Made by a program: the position numbers and the translations under genes
Shown: positions 37,826 to 54,631 of the stretch, in pieces
Position numbering within the stretch: position 1 is the first letter of the stretch
Layout of the letters: each line of letters opens with the position of its first letter
DNA from: Schmidtea polychroa
Taxonomy: Eukaryota
Length of the DNA: 64,000 bases
Reading direction: 5' to 3'
NCBI GenBank assembly: GCA_044892525.1
Contig: CM097885.1
Span: 35,466,001-35,530,000 of the forward strand
The notes under the pieces: generated by a model
What the model saw: the letters and a program-made list of their open reading frames with translations, nothing else
The model's database searches: none
What the model was told of the DNA's origin: nothing

Positions 37826-39990
37826 TTAAGAAGAAATATACCTAAGTAGAAAGAATTGTTGGGAAGTATGAAAGAACATAAACCGAACCAAACAATCTTT
37901 CTATACCCCTTATCGCTTATTCATAAGCTCGCATTATTTTTAGTTACAACATATGAAGACAAAAATTAAAAATCACAGAAAAAAATCATTATATTAGTAA
38001 CTTGTTAAATGTATTATTTAATGAATAATTTGTTTATATTTTTAAATTTTTCCAAAAAAAATTGGACGTTTTACATAAATTTATGTTGGTTCAAAATCAC
38101 ATTGGAAATGGAATAATTGCACATTATAAACTTGGATATTTTATCCGTGTACATTTTCTACGAAGGGAGACTGCAAAACGAATTACTGAAATCATTCAGT
38201 TGAATTTGAAACGGTTGTTGAATAGTACGAACATAATGGTACGGATAGAATGGTATAATGTACACAAAGGTCTAGATATACGTTTATTTACATAACTTGT
38301 ACAGCGTTTTCTGACCGTGTTTTCTTTTTCAAATTTGATTTAAAAAATGTAAAAAATGTAAATATTAATACGTCGAAATCGGGTTGCATAAAATTATCAG
38401 CACAGAAAGACAGCTTGAACGGGGAAATCGCGAAATAGCAACATGAGAAAACGTAAATAAATGCGAGCATATCCAAATCGCGGGATGCGTATAATTAAAC
38501 CAGTAGATGCTGCACGCGTAAATTGTGGGATACTCCGTCAGAGGGTATATAATAATAATAGTCAGACAATATTTATATTGAACATGTGCGCAATATCTCT
38601 CAGACATCTTGATTGTTGTGTGAAGTGGCTCCGCAATATCTTTATTGAGCCACTTCTCTAAGTGCCAGTTATCGACGATGAAGTTGAGTGCTATACTGCT
38701 CCTGTTATAGTTTTCAAGCTAATTATGTTAATGATGAAAGAGCAAAACCAACATTTTTAATGCAATAAGACAAATTTAATACATTGTTACAGCGAAGCAG
38801 TTTATCAATGACTTTCGAATATTGATTCCACAGCTGAATCTTGGTGGACCCCTTCACAGATTGGTTCAATTTCTTGCCAATTTCTAGTCTATTTTTAGTA
38901 TGATCCCGAACTCCAACTTTAAGAACAATTGCATGTGCACATGTATGAAGTCATGCTTTGAACATTTTTCTTTCACAACGACAGAGTTAACAATTATCTT
39001 TTTTTTACTTTTTGAGGAATTCGGTCGTACTTGAATTTTTTATTGATTTTTCATTGATTAAAAATATTACATTTTAATGAATTTTTCTATCAGAAATGAA
39101 TGAAGAACAAATTAAAAGTTATTTTATTGTCCTTGCTACAATACCCTTTATTTTGATGAAAAAATGTAAAATTTCAAAGATCAAATTGATTAATAAATAA
39201 TAATAAATAATTAATAAATAAATAAAAATAAAAAATAATAATAATTAATAATAAATAAATAATAAATAAATAATAAATAAATAATAATAGATAGAAATAA
39301 ATAAGTAATAATAAATAATAACAATATTAATGATATTAGAATATTAAAACGCAACATTTACAGAAATTAATCAATAAAATCGGCATCCCTTTCTACAAAT
39401 TTATTTTTTAAAATAATAAAGAAAATGAGCAGTGTAATAAAATTGCATCCATAAAATTCATATTTCCAATTGATTCTGAAATTGTCTCGTGTTGAATTCG
39501 GTCAGCCAGAACGAATAATTGACTCCCAGTAATATTGAATAGACAGATATTTATCAAAGTAAGATTGAAGATTTACAGACAAATATAAATTTTGAAAAAA
39601 CAATTAATTGATAAAAAATTTTCAATTTATTTTAGTTGGTGGTAATAGCTTAAGGGGCCTAACCCGAACACGTTTCATGACTTCTAAGGCTCCCAAAGTA
39701 AGTCAGGCGCTAAGCCATATATAACTTGTTTATTGAACTACCAACTTAGCAAATATCACTAGATATGCTACACAAAACACCACTGAGACACGTTTCCTAT
39801 ATTATAAGAAAGTAATAAATAATCTTACATTATAGAAACATACATACTTAATTTGATTTCACGCAGATGTTCGCATTTATAATGCAATGAGATACATTTT
39901 ACACTATAGAAATCTAAAAAGTGATAGAAAAATTAAATACAGACACAACATATACTAAAAACACATACAAACTTTTGATTCATAGAAATG

Positions 39991-40624
39991 CACCGCTGAG
40001 ATACGTTTCTATAATGACTTTATTTTAGACAATTTTTAGAGAAAAAGATGGCTGAAAAATTTTTAAAATATATTTTTAATGAAAATATCAAGAGCAGATG
40101 AATTTGGTTCAGTGTCTTTTCAATCCAGATTTGATTTCCTGGAAGAATCCCATTATATTGAGCTCAGAAAAAAATTATAAAAATATAAAAAATTATTTTA
40201 TTCATTTTCTGCAATTTTCCCAAAATGTTTTAGAAAAATACATATTTTTGGTGATTGATTTATTTAATTATAATTAAAAATATATCTGACTCACATTTCT
40301 TCGAAATAATTCCAAAATACTTAAAAATAAATGTCATAAAATTCTTAAAATCCCTGAAAATTAATTAAAAATAATTTATAATTATACTGTTGACAAAAAT
40401 TATTATTTTAGAATTTGAATAATGATCTCATATCTATATGGATTAAAATTCAAGTCTTAAAATTTATTCGTTGATGAGCAATTCATACGTAAACAAAAGT
40501 TACTGACAACCTTGCTTTATTTATTTATCATCAACATATTTGTCAGTAGTAAATTCATTAAATTGGTGAGTGAGCAATTGCTGTACACGCCGACCACCAC
40601 TATAGAGAATGTATCTCAGTGGTG
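39991..40624. mobile_element. MITE-like element with ~24-bp imperfect TIRs; dispersed repeat
   Basis: CACCGCTGAGATACGTTTCTATA ... TATAGAGAATGTATCTCAGTGGTG. An extra TIR copy lies at ~39779. The interior ~40290-40600 resembles ~4190-4490. No TSD seen. Confidence 0.45.
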
Positions 40625-42150
40625 TTTGGTATATGCACGCCATACAAATATTTTGTACTGATAGCAGTTGACATGCAAAGCAGGACATTTCAGAGCAGTT
40701 TGTTAAAATTAAACTTACAAAATATCGGTTTCAAAATTTCAGCTAACTGCAATTTTTAATTATTAACTTTTATATATTATTAAGTTGATTTTTGTTTAAA
40801 ATCTTTGTAACTTTTTAAATTTCTTTGAAAAACATATTTAAAATGTTTGAAAACATTGACTTTTATTTTTTTTAGAAATTCATTCCTAATTAAGAGATTA
40901 AACTTTAGCGTTTTCAGAAATCATTGTAAAAGTTTAAAACCTCTTACCAAGTTTATAATATACACCAAAGTCTTATGATATATGCCATAAACGATTAAAT
41001 TTAGCTATTTTTTACTGCTAATATAAACAAAATATTTGTGCAATAATATTAGTGCAATGCAAATATTTACGTATATAAATGATCAAAACTTAAAAATACA
41101 AAAACTTTAAACTGTTTTATTCAACTAATTAAAATGTTTTGTAGAACTTGCTTGAGAACTAACATACAAAAATGAGTTTCACTTAACATATTTTCAGAAT
41201 ATTTTAATACCCGACAGGTGGCGCTATTCCAAATATCAATTTTACCATGCCGAGGTAATTTGACTATAAAATGAAAATTAATATATTTTCCTAACAAGTT
41301 ATTGCCATTTTATTGTATATCGCAAAATAAATAATCATGAAAATCAAATAAGCATGAAGTAAAAACTTTAAATTACATATCAGATTATATATAGGATCAA
41401 AATCACTTGAAAAAGGCAATGCCGAAAATTTATGAATATCAAAAAAACATCGATATATTACTGATCCATAGTCAAGCAGAAAGTCAAAAAGAAGTCAGTG
41501 GGGAAATTTGAAAAAGTTCATTTTATACATATAACATTTTGAGAACGAAATGATATTTTAAATTAAAAGTTAATGAATAAATAAGTTAATGAATAAAAAA
41601 AAAATAATATTATTTCTGGATTTAATTATTTTATAAACCAATTAGCATAAGATTGACGGATTTGGGAATGTAAGACATTACATATGAATACATTAAATAT
41701 GTATTTATATATTTGCTATGTATACATTCTGATTGATATATAATGTTGTACGAATATCATAAATTTGATACATTGAATATGACTAAATAATAAAGAGAAA
41801 CAATCCATTTTTATTAAACAATTTAAGAAACTCAATTTAATTAATCATTCAGGCTTTTTAAACGTCTTTAACACGCTCACGCCGGCACGGATCACCGGTG
41901 GCCCACGCTAACCTGTCTCATCGGACGGTGTGTACCACCAGTGGGACGTATTTGATTGTATTATTGAGACGTATTATTAGAAAAATTAACGTATATTCAT
42001 CAAAAAAATTTTGTTTTTAATTACAATTATAATTAATAACGTATTATAAATATGACTTTTGTTCAATAACATAAACTGCGCGGCCAGATGATGCGCCGCA
42101 TTTTGTGATCAATTTAACGCTTGGTTCAAATATAAATCCATCATCTGAAG

Positions 42151-42469
42151 CAGTGGCGTAGCTACCATATAGCAAGAGTAAGCAATGCATAGGGGCCCAC
42201 AAGACATGGGGACCTTTTTTCCAAGTTTCCTTAATTTTCTTCAGCAAAATAAACAACGTGTTCCATCAAAATTTCAAGAGTTACGAAGTGTTCCGTCGCA
42301 GGAAAAGTTTGGGAAACCCTGGTCTAATTCAATTGTGCTTCCAAAGGGGGCAAAAAAATTTTTCCTGCGGCGCTATGGTGCTCTGCACCTATTTCACTTG
42401 TGTATGCAGTATAGGGGGGCCATCTATGACTCTTTGCTTTGGGGCCCAACATTTCTAGCTACGCCACTG
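42151..42469. mobile_element. hAT-family MITE, 319 bp
   Basis: 14-bp TIR CAGTGGCGTAGCTA and a perfect 8-bp TSD ATCTGAAG (42143-50, 42470-77). Confidence 0.92.
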
Positions 42470-42742
42470 ATCTGAAGCCCCGTTTTATTAGGAGAGGATG
42501 TTTTTCATCGAAAATAATAATTTCTAAAATAAATACGTTTATTAGTAAAAATATTAACATTTATTCTAAATATTTGAATGGCTAAGATAATAAATGATTT
42601 AATAATTCCATGTTTGCAATTATTCCCATAAGATAGTTCATGATATATTATTATCATCTCTCCAACCTGAAACAACTCTACCAATTCTTTGATTGATTTG
42701 GGCAAACCTTCTATTATGCTCATTTGCAATTGGCATACCAGA

Positions 42743-42991
42743 TTAAAATTGAGTTATTTTCATTTCATTTAAGCTCTCTTGCCTTTTTATTGCGTCAGTA
42801 AACTTCCAAATGCTTGGATGGTTCGAGTTTAGACGCTTAGCAAAAGAGTTGTGCCATCCTTCAACTGAGTTATTTGTTTTAGGAATGTTAAGTTCTACAT
42901 TATTAAAACTATTCCACATCTCAATTCTTCCACGTGTTTCATGGTTGAACCCTGCCCAAGTTTTCTCATAATATTTGAGAATTTCTTTCAA
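42743..42991 (-). pseudogene. MULE/Mutator transposase C-terminal fragment
   Basis: YYEKTW...EMWN......PKTNNSVEGWHNSF......HPSIWKF is the MULE catalytic-Glu region. Confidence 0.85.
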
Positions 42992-43305
42992 TTCTCTTGA
43001 GAAGCCACTTGATGCTTTTAGAAATTCGTAGTAGGAAAAAATCTACTAATATCTTTACTAATATTTTTATTTTTTTAAATATTTTTACTAATAAACGGAT
43101 TTATTTTAGAAACTATTATTTTCGATAAAAAGATTTTCGATGACAAAAAGGGGAATCATTTTATTAACCTCAAATAACTTCGCTTCGCGGTGGAATTATC
43201 AATGCTTGATTTTAAAAAACATCTCCAACTTCGTGAATGGCTTTCCCAGTTTTCCTGAGATTAGATTTCCCGTTTTTAAATCAAGAGAAATTCCTTCTAG
43301 TTGCT

Positions 43306-44602
43306 AGTAGTAGGATGTGGGCTCCCCAGATCAGGAGCTCCCCGCATCACATATACCCCCTCCCCCCCCCCCCGGGAAAAAAAAATTTTTTTTTAAAAAA
43401 AAATAAAAGGTCAAGGTCAAGGTCATTTTTTTTTTAATTTAATTTTTTGTTTTAATTATGTGTCGCGGGGAGCTCCTACTTTTTTCATCCCAAAAATTAA
43501 TGTTCCCACCAACAGATTTTATTGAACGATACCTCATCTTAAAGCTCAGTCCAAGACCTTTCGAATGAGCTATAGGTATCATATATATCTTTAATAGTTT
43601 TAATGTTATTAACATTTGATGACCACCATCTTTTCAACGTTAAATTATTATTATTTGTCAAAATATTATTAAGTGATCTGGCGGGCTCACACTTTTTTTC
43701 ATCCCAAAAATTAATGTTCCCATTATCCGAATTTATTGGACGATACCTCAACTTAAAGCTCAGTCCAAGACCTTTCGAATGAGCTATTGAAGGTATCATC
43801 ATCATTAATATTAACAAAGAGAATGACTCACCCAATGACTCACCCAACGATGTCTAATATTTTTAGAACGATGCCTAATATTTTTAGAATGATTACGTCA
43901 TATTTTTAGAACGATTCCTAATATTTTTAGAACGATGTCTAATATTTTTAGAACGATGTCTAATATTTTTAGAATGGTGCCTCTTATTTTTAGAACTATT
44001 ACGTAACCAACGCCTAATATTTTTAGAACTATTACATAATTTTTTTAAATTAAGTGATCTGGCGGGCTCACACTTTTTTTCATCCCAAAAATTAATGTTC
44101 CCATTATCCGAATTTATTGGACGATACCTCAACTTAAAGCTCAGTCCAAGACCTTTCGAATGAGCTATTGAAGGTATCATCATCATTAATATTAACAAAG
44201 AGAATGACTCACCCAATGACTCACCCAACGATGTCTAATATTTTTAGAATGATTACGTAATAATTTTTAGAATGGTGCCTAATATTTTTAGAACGATTAC
44301 GTCATACTTTTAGAACGATGCCTAATATTTTTAGAACGGTGCCAAATATTTTTAGAATGATTACGTCATACTTTAGAACGATGCCTAATATTTTTAGAAC
44401 GGTGCCAAATATTTTTAGAATGATTACGTCATACTTTTAGAACGAAGCCTAATATTTTTAGAATTAATAATTTTGTTTTAATTATCGATGATTATATAAT
44501 TTTGTTTAAATCATTGATTATATAATTCTTTTGTTTTAATTATCGAATACGTAATAATATAATTTTGTTTAAATCGTTGATTACATATTATTATTTTCTA
44601 AG

Positions 44603-44644
<42 letters not shown>

Positions 44645-47600
44645 CATATATACTCCTAGTCTATCCGACAAAATATTCTGTCCCCCTATGGGTATTGATA
44701 GCAAGGGTACTACTCACACTCAAAGGTTTTCGATTTTAAAGCATATTATGGTTTATTAAGGTTAGTAAATAAAACTTATCACACACACTTTAATATTTAA
44801 ACGATAAAAATAAAGACAAGAGAGGACAAGGCAAAGTGTATGCATTTAGTATTGCCAGGCCTAATGAGCAGTGACCAAATATCTGTGCCTGAAAGACACG
44901 GTGGATATTTGTTCGCGTCCACAAGGGTCGTCTGTGCCTCCCCCAAGTGGGGTCAGAAGAACCTGGGCATTATAGTTTTCCGTACGGAACATTACGCCTA
45001 GCATGGGTAGTCAACTACCAGCACATTCGAAACGTATAATTTCAAAATACATGCGTCATTGGCACTATAACCAAATTAATTAATGTTTTCACTAACACAA
45101 ATATATATTTACAGAGGCCTCCCACTAGTTGGATTACAACCGCCCACCACGACGATCAGCTTGTAAATATATATTAATTAAGGGATAAAGAGGACCCACC
45201 CAACCCTATTATATTTAATTTACAAATTTTTCTCGCTCTTCTGTTGGTAATCTATCTCAAAATTAATCTCTCCATCAGGCCATTTGATAGTGATTTCATG
45301 GAATACATCTTGCGAATTGGACATATTTCTTAGTTTCTGATGCGGCGTCAACTATCATTGCTAAAATTTATATTGATTTAAAAGCAATTAACTTACATTA
45401 TCTAGCATTTTATCGTCACAGGCTTGATAAATTAGGCAACTGTTATTTGTGGTATACTTTTTCAATGTCATTTCCCACCATAAAACACAGATACCTAAAT
45501 ATAATATATATATTTTAAAGAATTAATTCATGTCTTACATTAATAATAATATTCTTCAGGTAGTACTTTACAATATCTAATTGCTAAAACATCGGTTTTC
45601 CCCATTTTCTTGACATTCGTTGAAAGTTTACATAATTTAAGTCTGATAATTCATGTTGAAGGACACCCACAATCAGCTAATTCATTTAAGAAATCCAGAA
45701 CATAGCAATGTTTCACCATTTTATCTGGTTCATTTTCTTCTATAATTCATGTTTTAATAAGAAATTTCTAAATCCAGAACATAAGTCATTTAGTGTTTCA
45801 CCATTTTGTTCATCTTCTTCATAATTATATAATTCATTTTCTTCATTACTAAGTAAAATAATTAAAATATTTTAGTAAATTCTTTATTTACTTACTTTAT
45901 GGATATTAAACGAAAGAAATAAAGTTATATCAGAATTATATTTAAATAATTTAAATTTAGTTATTTAAACATATTTAAACACTTTAGTTATTTAAGCATA
46001 TTTAAACATTAATATTATTATATAGTATAATTTTATATAATTTTATATAATATTATAATTTTATGTATTCTAAATTTAATATATCCTTCTTTTAATTTTT
46101 TAAATTCAAAACTTTATAATGAAGATTTTTGAATTAAAAAATATTGTGTTAGTATTTCCAGGCAGAAATCAACGAATTCAATAATTAAAATCTTAATTTT
46201 CATGTTGTTAGGGTTGTGGCCAGAATTTAATCGCCATCTAATCGTTTGTTCTCAATTTTGTTCATTTTGTTCAAAACATTCAGGTGAGTTGTTATCTGGA
46301 AAGTTTCTTTTAGCTCAGCTTTCTTAAAACACTCACGGTATTTTTGAGGGACGTGACACTGGAAATAAATTAACAATGGGTGGTCATCCATACATGTTGT
46401 TAGTCTGAGCTGTCGATTTATTTAGAAATAGGTATACTAAAAACATTTAAGGTATCATTCAGTAAAATAATATAGTAATTTTGAGTATTTTTTAGTTAAT
46501 TTATAAATAACAGTATTTTGATATATCAATAAAGACCATATACTCCTAGTCTATCCAACAAAATATTCTGTCCCCCTTTGGGTAATGGTAGCAAGGGTAC
46601 TGGTCACACTCAACAAGTCGCAATATTAATCATTTAGAAATTCTTAGGTAAGATAATCAGAAATTTGTGAATATTTTAAATGTAACTTTACACTTATGTC
46701 GAGCGACTAATTTATTGGTTAACTTTTTAGACATTTAAAGCAAAAGGTAATTTATTCATCTAATGTTCGTTACAATAGTTAATAATATGAGAAAAATGTG
46801 GTCATTATTCATTGATAATTTTAAATTCTTTATCATTTGGAGTAAATTTGTTTGAGGCAAAAATATTTAAAGGAGTCATAATAGAAATATGGTTATCATT
46901 TATCCAGTTAAAGGGCTTATTATTTAGAAATATAGGGTAACAATTATTTTCTAATTTAATGAGATGATCATTGGGCGTAGTATATCTTTGCGAGAAATTT
47001 AAGGTGTTTGAGTAACCAAAACATGGATATTTTGTGCCATCAATTTATGATTATTGGTTAATTTAGTCATTAAAATAATAATATAATAAGGTAATTTAGC
47101 AAAATATCATTTATCCATCCGATAACAATATTCCTTCAATAGATTAACTGATATTCAACCTATTTAATATCTAGAAATCTAATTAAAATCATAAATTTCC
47201 TTCAAAGATCACTTTTCTTTAGTTGTTTTCCAATTTTTTTAAGTCAATATTTCTCAAGCTTTGTCAACGATATCCCCAAAATGAATAAAATAACTTCTTA
47301 AATAAAAATAATTTAAAGCAATAACTCATTAATAGTTAACTTCATCAATTAATTCTAAAGATTTCAAATATTTCATTGTCAAAACCAAGTAAATTGATCA
47401 TTAACCATTAATAAAACCGTAGATAATTAATAAAAACTGGATCTGAAACATAAATTACTGTGCAATAACATTCATCACAACCTCTAAAACGATATAATTT
47501 CACAGGAACTATTCATAGCTGACTATTTCCCTTGAAAATTTGATATTTTACCAATAAGAATATATAAATATTCAAAACATTAACCGATTCCTCACCAAAT

Positions 47601-49340
47601 ATTTCTACCTCTTTAAACACCTTAAATCGTATATATTACCATCTTAACCTTCACTAAATACAACCGAATATAATTTCACCCACTTGAGCCCTTTAATATA
47701 TCTTAAAATCCATATAAAATTCTTCAAAATATGAATTTTATTTAATTGTTACAAACATTCTTCCATTGAAATAATTTAGTAGCTAAATTCAAAGACCTCA
47801 GTAAAAGATCAAAATTCGCTAAAATGAATATTTCCTACAAATATTTCACCACATTCACCATCAAATATCTAATTAGAGATGAAATATATTGATTGATCAT
47901 CGATTCGGCTAATTATAGCCATTATAAAATGATATATCTTTCAAACTAAATCACAAATTTCAGTATATTTTACATTAATTTTCAAGTAGATTTCAAATAT
48001 ATCATCATCATGATAAAATTAGTTGATTTCAACTTTAGATTTTCAATATTTTAAAGTTCATCAATGTGTAAATATTCTTAGAAAAATATATGAAAAAATT
48101 ATTTAGTCAAATTATCATTACAAAGTCATCATCATCAAAATTTATCCTATCACTTGATTATTAACCTCATTAAAAATTAATTTTTATTTAAAATTTTAAA
48201 ACAAGTCAATAAAATATAGCAAATTATCAAGAAATTAACTAAATTTATCTTAGAATTAACACTAAGCCTTAAATATTCTTTCAATTATTCACAAAAAATG
48301 TTGGTAAAATCCCGCTAACTCTAAAAATTACAAATTATATAATCATCGATAATTAAAACAAAATTATTAATTCTAAAAATATTAGGCATCGTTCTAAAAG
48401 TATGATGTAATCATTCTAAAAATATTAGGCATCGTTCTAAAAGTATAACGTAATCGTTCTAAAAATATTAGGCATCATTCTAAAAATATTAGGCATCGTT
48501 CTAAAAGTATGACGTAATCGTTCTAAAAATAATAGACATCATTCTAAAATATTAGGCATCGTTCTAAAAGTATGACGTAATCATTCTAAAAATAATAGGC
48601 ATCGTTCTAAAAATATTTGGCATCGTTCTAAAATTATGACGTAATCATTCTAAAAATATTAGGCATCATTCTAAAATATTAGACATCATTCTAAAAATAA
48701 TAGACATCGTTCTAAAAATATTTGGCATCATTCTAAAATATTAGACATCATTCTAAAAATGTGATGAGTCATTGTCTTTGTTCTAAAAATGTGATGAGTC
48801 ATCGTATGATAAAAATCTATATCTCATTAGAAAGTTCTTGCACAGAGCTTTAAAATAAGCTATCGATCAATATAATATGTTGGCGGGAACAATAATTTTT
48901 GGGATGAAAAAAAGTAGGTCCCCGCCAGATCACTTAATAATATTTTGAAAAATAATAATAATTTAACGTTGAAAAGATGGTGGTCATCAATTGTTAATAA
49001 CATTAAAACTATTAAAGATATATAAGATACCTATAGCTCATTCGAAAGGTCTTGGACTGAGCTTGAAGATGAGGTATCGGTTAATAAAATTTGTTGGCGG
49101 GAACATTACTTTTGGGAAGAAAAAAAGTAGGTCCCCGCTGGATCACTTAATTTAAAAAAAATTACGTAATAGTTCTAAAAATATTAGGCATCGTTCTAAA
49201 AATATTAGGCATTGATTACGTAATAGTTCTAAAAATATTAGGCATCGTTCTAAAAAAAAAATAAAATTTTTTCCCGGGGGGGGGAGGGGGTATATGTGAT
49301 CTGGAGGGGACCTGATCTGGGGAGCCCACATCCTACTACT
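43306..49340. mobile_element. Non-autonomous Maverick derivative, element B, 6,035 bp
   Basis: Ends AGTAGTAGGATGTGGGCTCCCCAGATCAGG...CCTGATCTGGGGAGCCCACATCCTACTACT. 6-bp TSD GTTGCT (43300-05, 49341-46). Imperfect TIRs of ~1-1.2 kb (to ~44503 and from ~48332) contain 21-bp repeats. Shares modules with the element A TIR; no intact ORF. Confidence 0.93.
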
Positions 49341-49703
49341 GTTGCTCCAAAACACCCATTCCCACTAAAGGCTGTACTCGAGTATTTTTATAACCAGCAC
49401 ATTACGCACCACTTCCCCATTTCCAATAATTATTCTTACTTTAATCTGCCAAATAATTTTCAATCAGTTTTAGTTATAGATTTTACAACTCTACGTTTGT
49501 TTAACTGTATCCAAACTCTTGGTTGTCTTCGTCGTTTTCCAATTGTCATTAACCTGGTAATCTGAGCATTTTCCTTCTCTCAATATTTGCGTTCGATGGG
49601 GTTCTATTTGTTCAGTTCCTATTTCAATATTGTCAACTGGTTTCATCTCTTCTAATTTCTCCCCTGTGTATATCGGTGTCATCTGAAGAAATGTTTTCGG
49701 AAC

Positions 49704-50280
49704 TCATAATAGACTGAAGGTATCTGTTCCGCTAACTTTAGTCATTGATTGGTAGTAATACACTGGCGGTACATTTATTTTATCTATGCTACTTTCTTTA
49801 TTCCCATTTTCATTATCTGAACTTGAATCATCGTTTATGCTGTTATTTCTTAGTCGATATTTTACTTTTCCCATTTCCTTATATTGATGAATAGTAATTA
49901 AAAACCGTTCTAGAAATGGTATGCACCCAATAATCAGTTTACACAACCCCTCAGAATTATTATATAATTGGTGAGTAGTAAGTATTTGGGATATTATAAC
50001 TTTAATCATGACCACGATAACATATATTCCAATAAGACCTATATTCCCCATGAATTTTTTTTCACCACATATATTTTTCATAGTACTATATGTTACTAAT
50101 TTACTATGATCTGGTGTTAATAAATAGTTGTAATTTATTTTTCCTTGGCTACTTGGCAATATAGTATCAACATGAAGTCCCATTGGCTTCTTTCCGAAAT
50201 TGATCTCATTATTTTCACATCATTTATTCTTTGACTACGCAACAATGCATGGATGATGTACGTATTAGGATAGATATTTT
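49704..50280 (-). pseudogene. Possible C-terminal (transmembrane) remnant of a chuvirus/gB-like viral glycoprotein
   Basis: YLLTPD...KNICGEKKFMGNIGLIGIYVIVVMIKVIISQI...L......KLIIGCIPFLERFLI has the two-hydrophobic-segment pattern of chuvirus-type glycoprotein tails. Recognised by eye only. Confidence 0.4.
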
Positions 50281-50293
50281 TAAAAAAGATGGT

Positions 50294-50406
50294 TACGAAC
50301 AGGAACTGCAAGTTTTTCCGACACCACCTCTATTTAGATATGAAAAGATTCTTAAATCAAAATATAAAGGTGAGGATAAACAATACTACGTCAAGTGGCA
50401 TGGATA
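50294..50406 (+). pseudogene. Relic of a Maverick integrase C-terminus (chromodomain), first part
   Basis: YEQELQVFPTPPLFRYEKILKSKYKGEDKQYYVKWHG aligns with element A YEQELQVIPPPKVFRIQKILKTKKVGKDKQYYIKWHGY. Confidence 0.85.
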
Positions 50407-52140
<1,734 letters not shown>

Positions 52141-52146
52141 GCATAA

Positions 52147-52430
52147 ACTTGGATATCAGCATCTCAAATTGAATGAATAGAAAAAGTTTTTTCATTATTT
52201 TACCAAACAATAGTTGTTTAATAATGACGCTAGTAAATTTATGGTTGAGTTACAAAATCCCATTTACCAATATGAAATGTGAGAAGTTGATTTGCATGAT
52301 TACACATTTGTGTACAACACATTTCCATTTTACAATAATTTTAAAATAGAATATAAAGAAATTGCACCAAAATCAGTTAGCAGGTTTTACATTATTGAAC
52401 CCGAAGATGATGAAATGTCGATAAAAGAAT
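52147..52430 (+). pseudogene. Relic of the integrase end plus minor capsid N-terminus
   Basis: TWISASQIE* overlaps (ATGA) MNRKSFFIILPNNSC..NDASKFMVELQNPIY...*EVDLHDYTFVYNTFPFY, which aligns with the element A penton. Confidence 0.8.
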
Positions 52431-54008
52431 TAAATAATGATTGTTACATGTATATTACCAAGTAAGTTTTACATATTTGTTTCGCTTCGGGAGTCGAAAA
52501 CTATAAAATCAATACAAATCCTATACAAATTCATTACAATTGAAAGGTTAATAATGATTAAATTTAATAATAATGACAGTAATAAGCCAAAATTAATTAA
52601 AATAAATATAATAAAATAAATATAATGAAGCGAAATTAATTTTGGTTGTTTAAATTGTTTTAAACTAATGAAAATGTAACTTTCGATTGTCGGGAATGAT
52701 CAAACCGATCGCAAAGCTGAAATTCAACATCAATGTACCAAAAATAAATTTTTAAGAATAAAAACAAAATTTCTTTTTCCTTTTTTTGTTTGCTACACTA
52801 GGAAAATCTTACAATTCTCTTTGAGGATATTTTATAAACATATAAATCAATTTCTCACAGAATATTCCTCGGTTACTTTATATTTCTGTTTTAGTTTCAC
52901 ATGGATTTCCTGTTCATATTTTCTACACTATTTCTATAGTAATATTAATTTTAATTATAGAAAAATTTTATCTATTAAATAGAAGAAAAAAATTCAAAAC
53001 AATAATATTAATAATAATAATTTTCATAATAAATTTTAATTAAATTTTTTGTCTTAATTAATTAAAAAAAATTTACCATTTTTCTAAACTTTTTGTTTAA
53101 ACTCGCAAATTTATAATAGTAACATCTGAGACAAAACTGAAGCAATTTTCTAAATTAATGTTATTTTATATTTGCTTTTAAGTAATTATTAAATATTTTT
53201 ATTAATTTTATTAAAATCTATGTTCAAATTTGAATCATGGTGATTTTTATTGATAGAAACACAATGACAGTGTAAAGATGAACAAGCATTTTATTATTTA
53301 AGATTGTTTCAAAGTCTTTCATGGTTGGTAGCATGTTCACTAATAAGTCTTTAACTCCAGTTTGCCTGTGTTTAGAACTCGTGTGTCAATTTTAATGTTG
53401 TGTGTGTAATGCCACATACATCTATGCACTCGAGTTCTTGGACATTGCCGACGGAATAGATTGACCCACATTAGTGATTACCAGTAAGTGTACGAGTAAA
53501 AAAATAAGTATTGCTGATTTTAAGATCTTGTCGAAGAGTTTGAGTAATTACTGGAAACGTTAAATTAGATCTTTAAATCCTATAATTAATATTCAAAGTG
53601 CCACGTCTACAGGGATTTTGAATGTATTTAAATAATTTAACTTGTATATTTAATTTTTGGGATGATGTTTGTTAAATTTTTTTTATAAAAACAATTTTTA
53701 AACTTAAATTTATTTTTATATTAATTTAAAAAATTTTTTTTGTATGAGAATGTTAACAATTTTGTGCGTTTAAAATTTTAATAATTTTTATAGGATTATG
53801 AAAAAATGTTTTACAAAATTTTATTAAAATATATTTTTGATGCAGTTTTATTAGAATTATTAGTTGTTAATTTGTTTGAATATTATTAATTTCATTTAGT
53901 TGTTATTAATACTATTCTTAGCATGAACGATCGAAATATTTAGCAATATTAAATTTAATATACTTAGTTGGCGATTTTCTGTTATAAATACTTTGCCTTC
54001 GTTCTTTG

Positions 54009-54128
<120 letters not shown>

Positions 54129-54538
54129 ATATTAAAAAACACAAAAATCTTAAAATTTGACATTGATTTTTTTTTCAATTTTTGATTAACTTCTATGCAT
54201 ATGTATATAATAATTTCCATTGTATAACATTTCTCTACAAATATAAATAAGATAGATAAAGATATAAATATTAATTAGTAATAAAAATTACACATAAAAA
54301 TTTTACGAATAAATATAAAAATTGAAATTTAATGTCTATGCATTAAAAATTTGTTTTCCGTTCTAATCTGATCCAGACGCATCTGTCAGGTTGGACATAC
54401 ACTGAAAAATCAAAAGGAGAATGCAAATAATTCTCTATGAGATCTGAGATTGTAGAAGTAATTTGTTTTTCTTTTAATTTAATTTTTTGGAAAATTATTT
54501 AATTGATTTACAATTGTTAGTGGATAATTTAAAATTAA

Positions 54539-54631
<93 letters not shown>

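Noticed and set aside
38640..39030. Cys-containing minus-strand reading frame, possible transposase relic
   Set aside because: Multiple stops and no family motif I could identify.
44744..45539. Possible solo LTR inside element B
   Set aside because: One end reads TGTAAGACA on the minus strand and an AATAAA is present, but there is no matching CA end or TSD.
46620..48330. Decayed minus-strand coding remnants in element B with faint glycoprotein-like words
   Set aside because: Too degraded; motif order and spacing are not convincing by eye.
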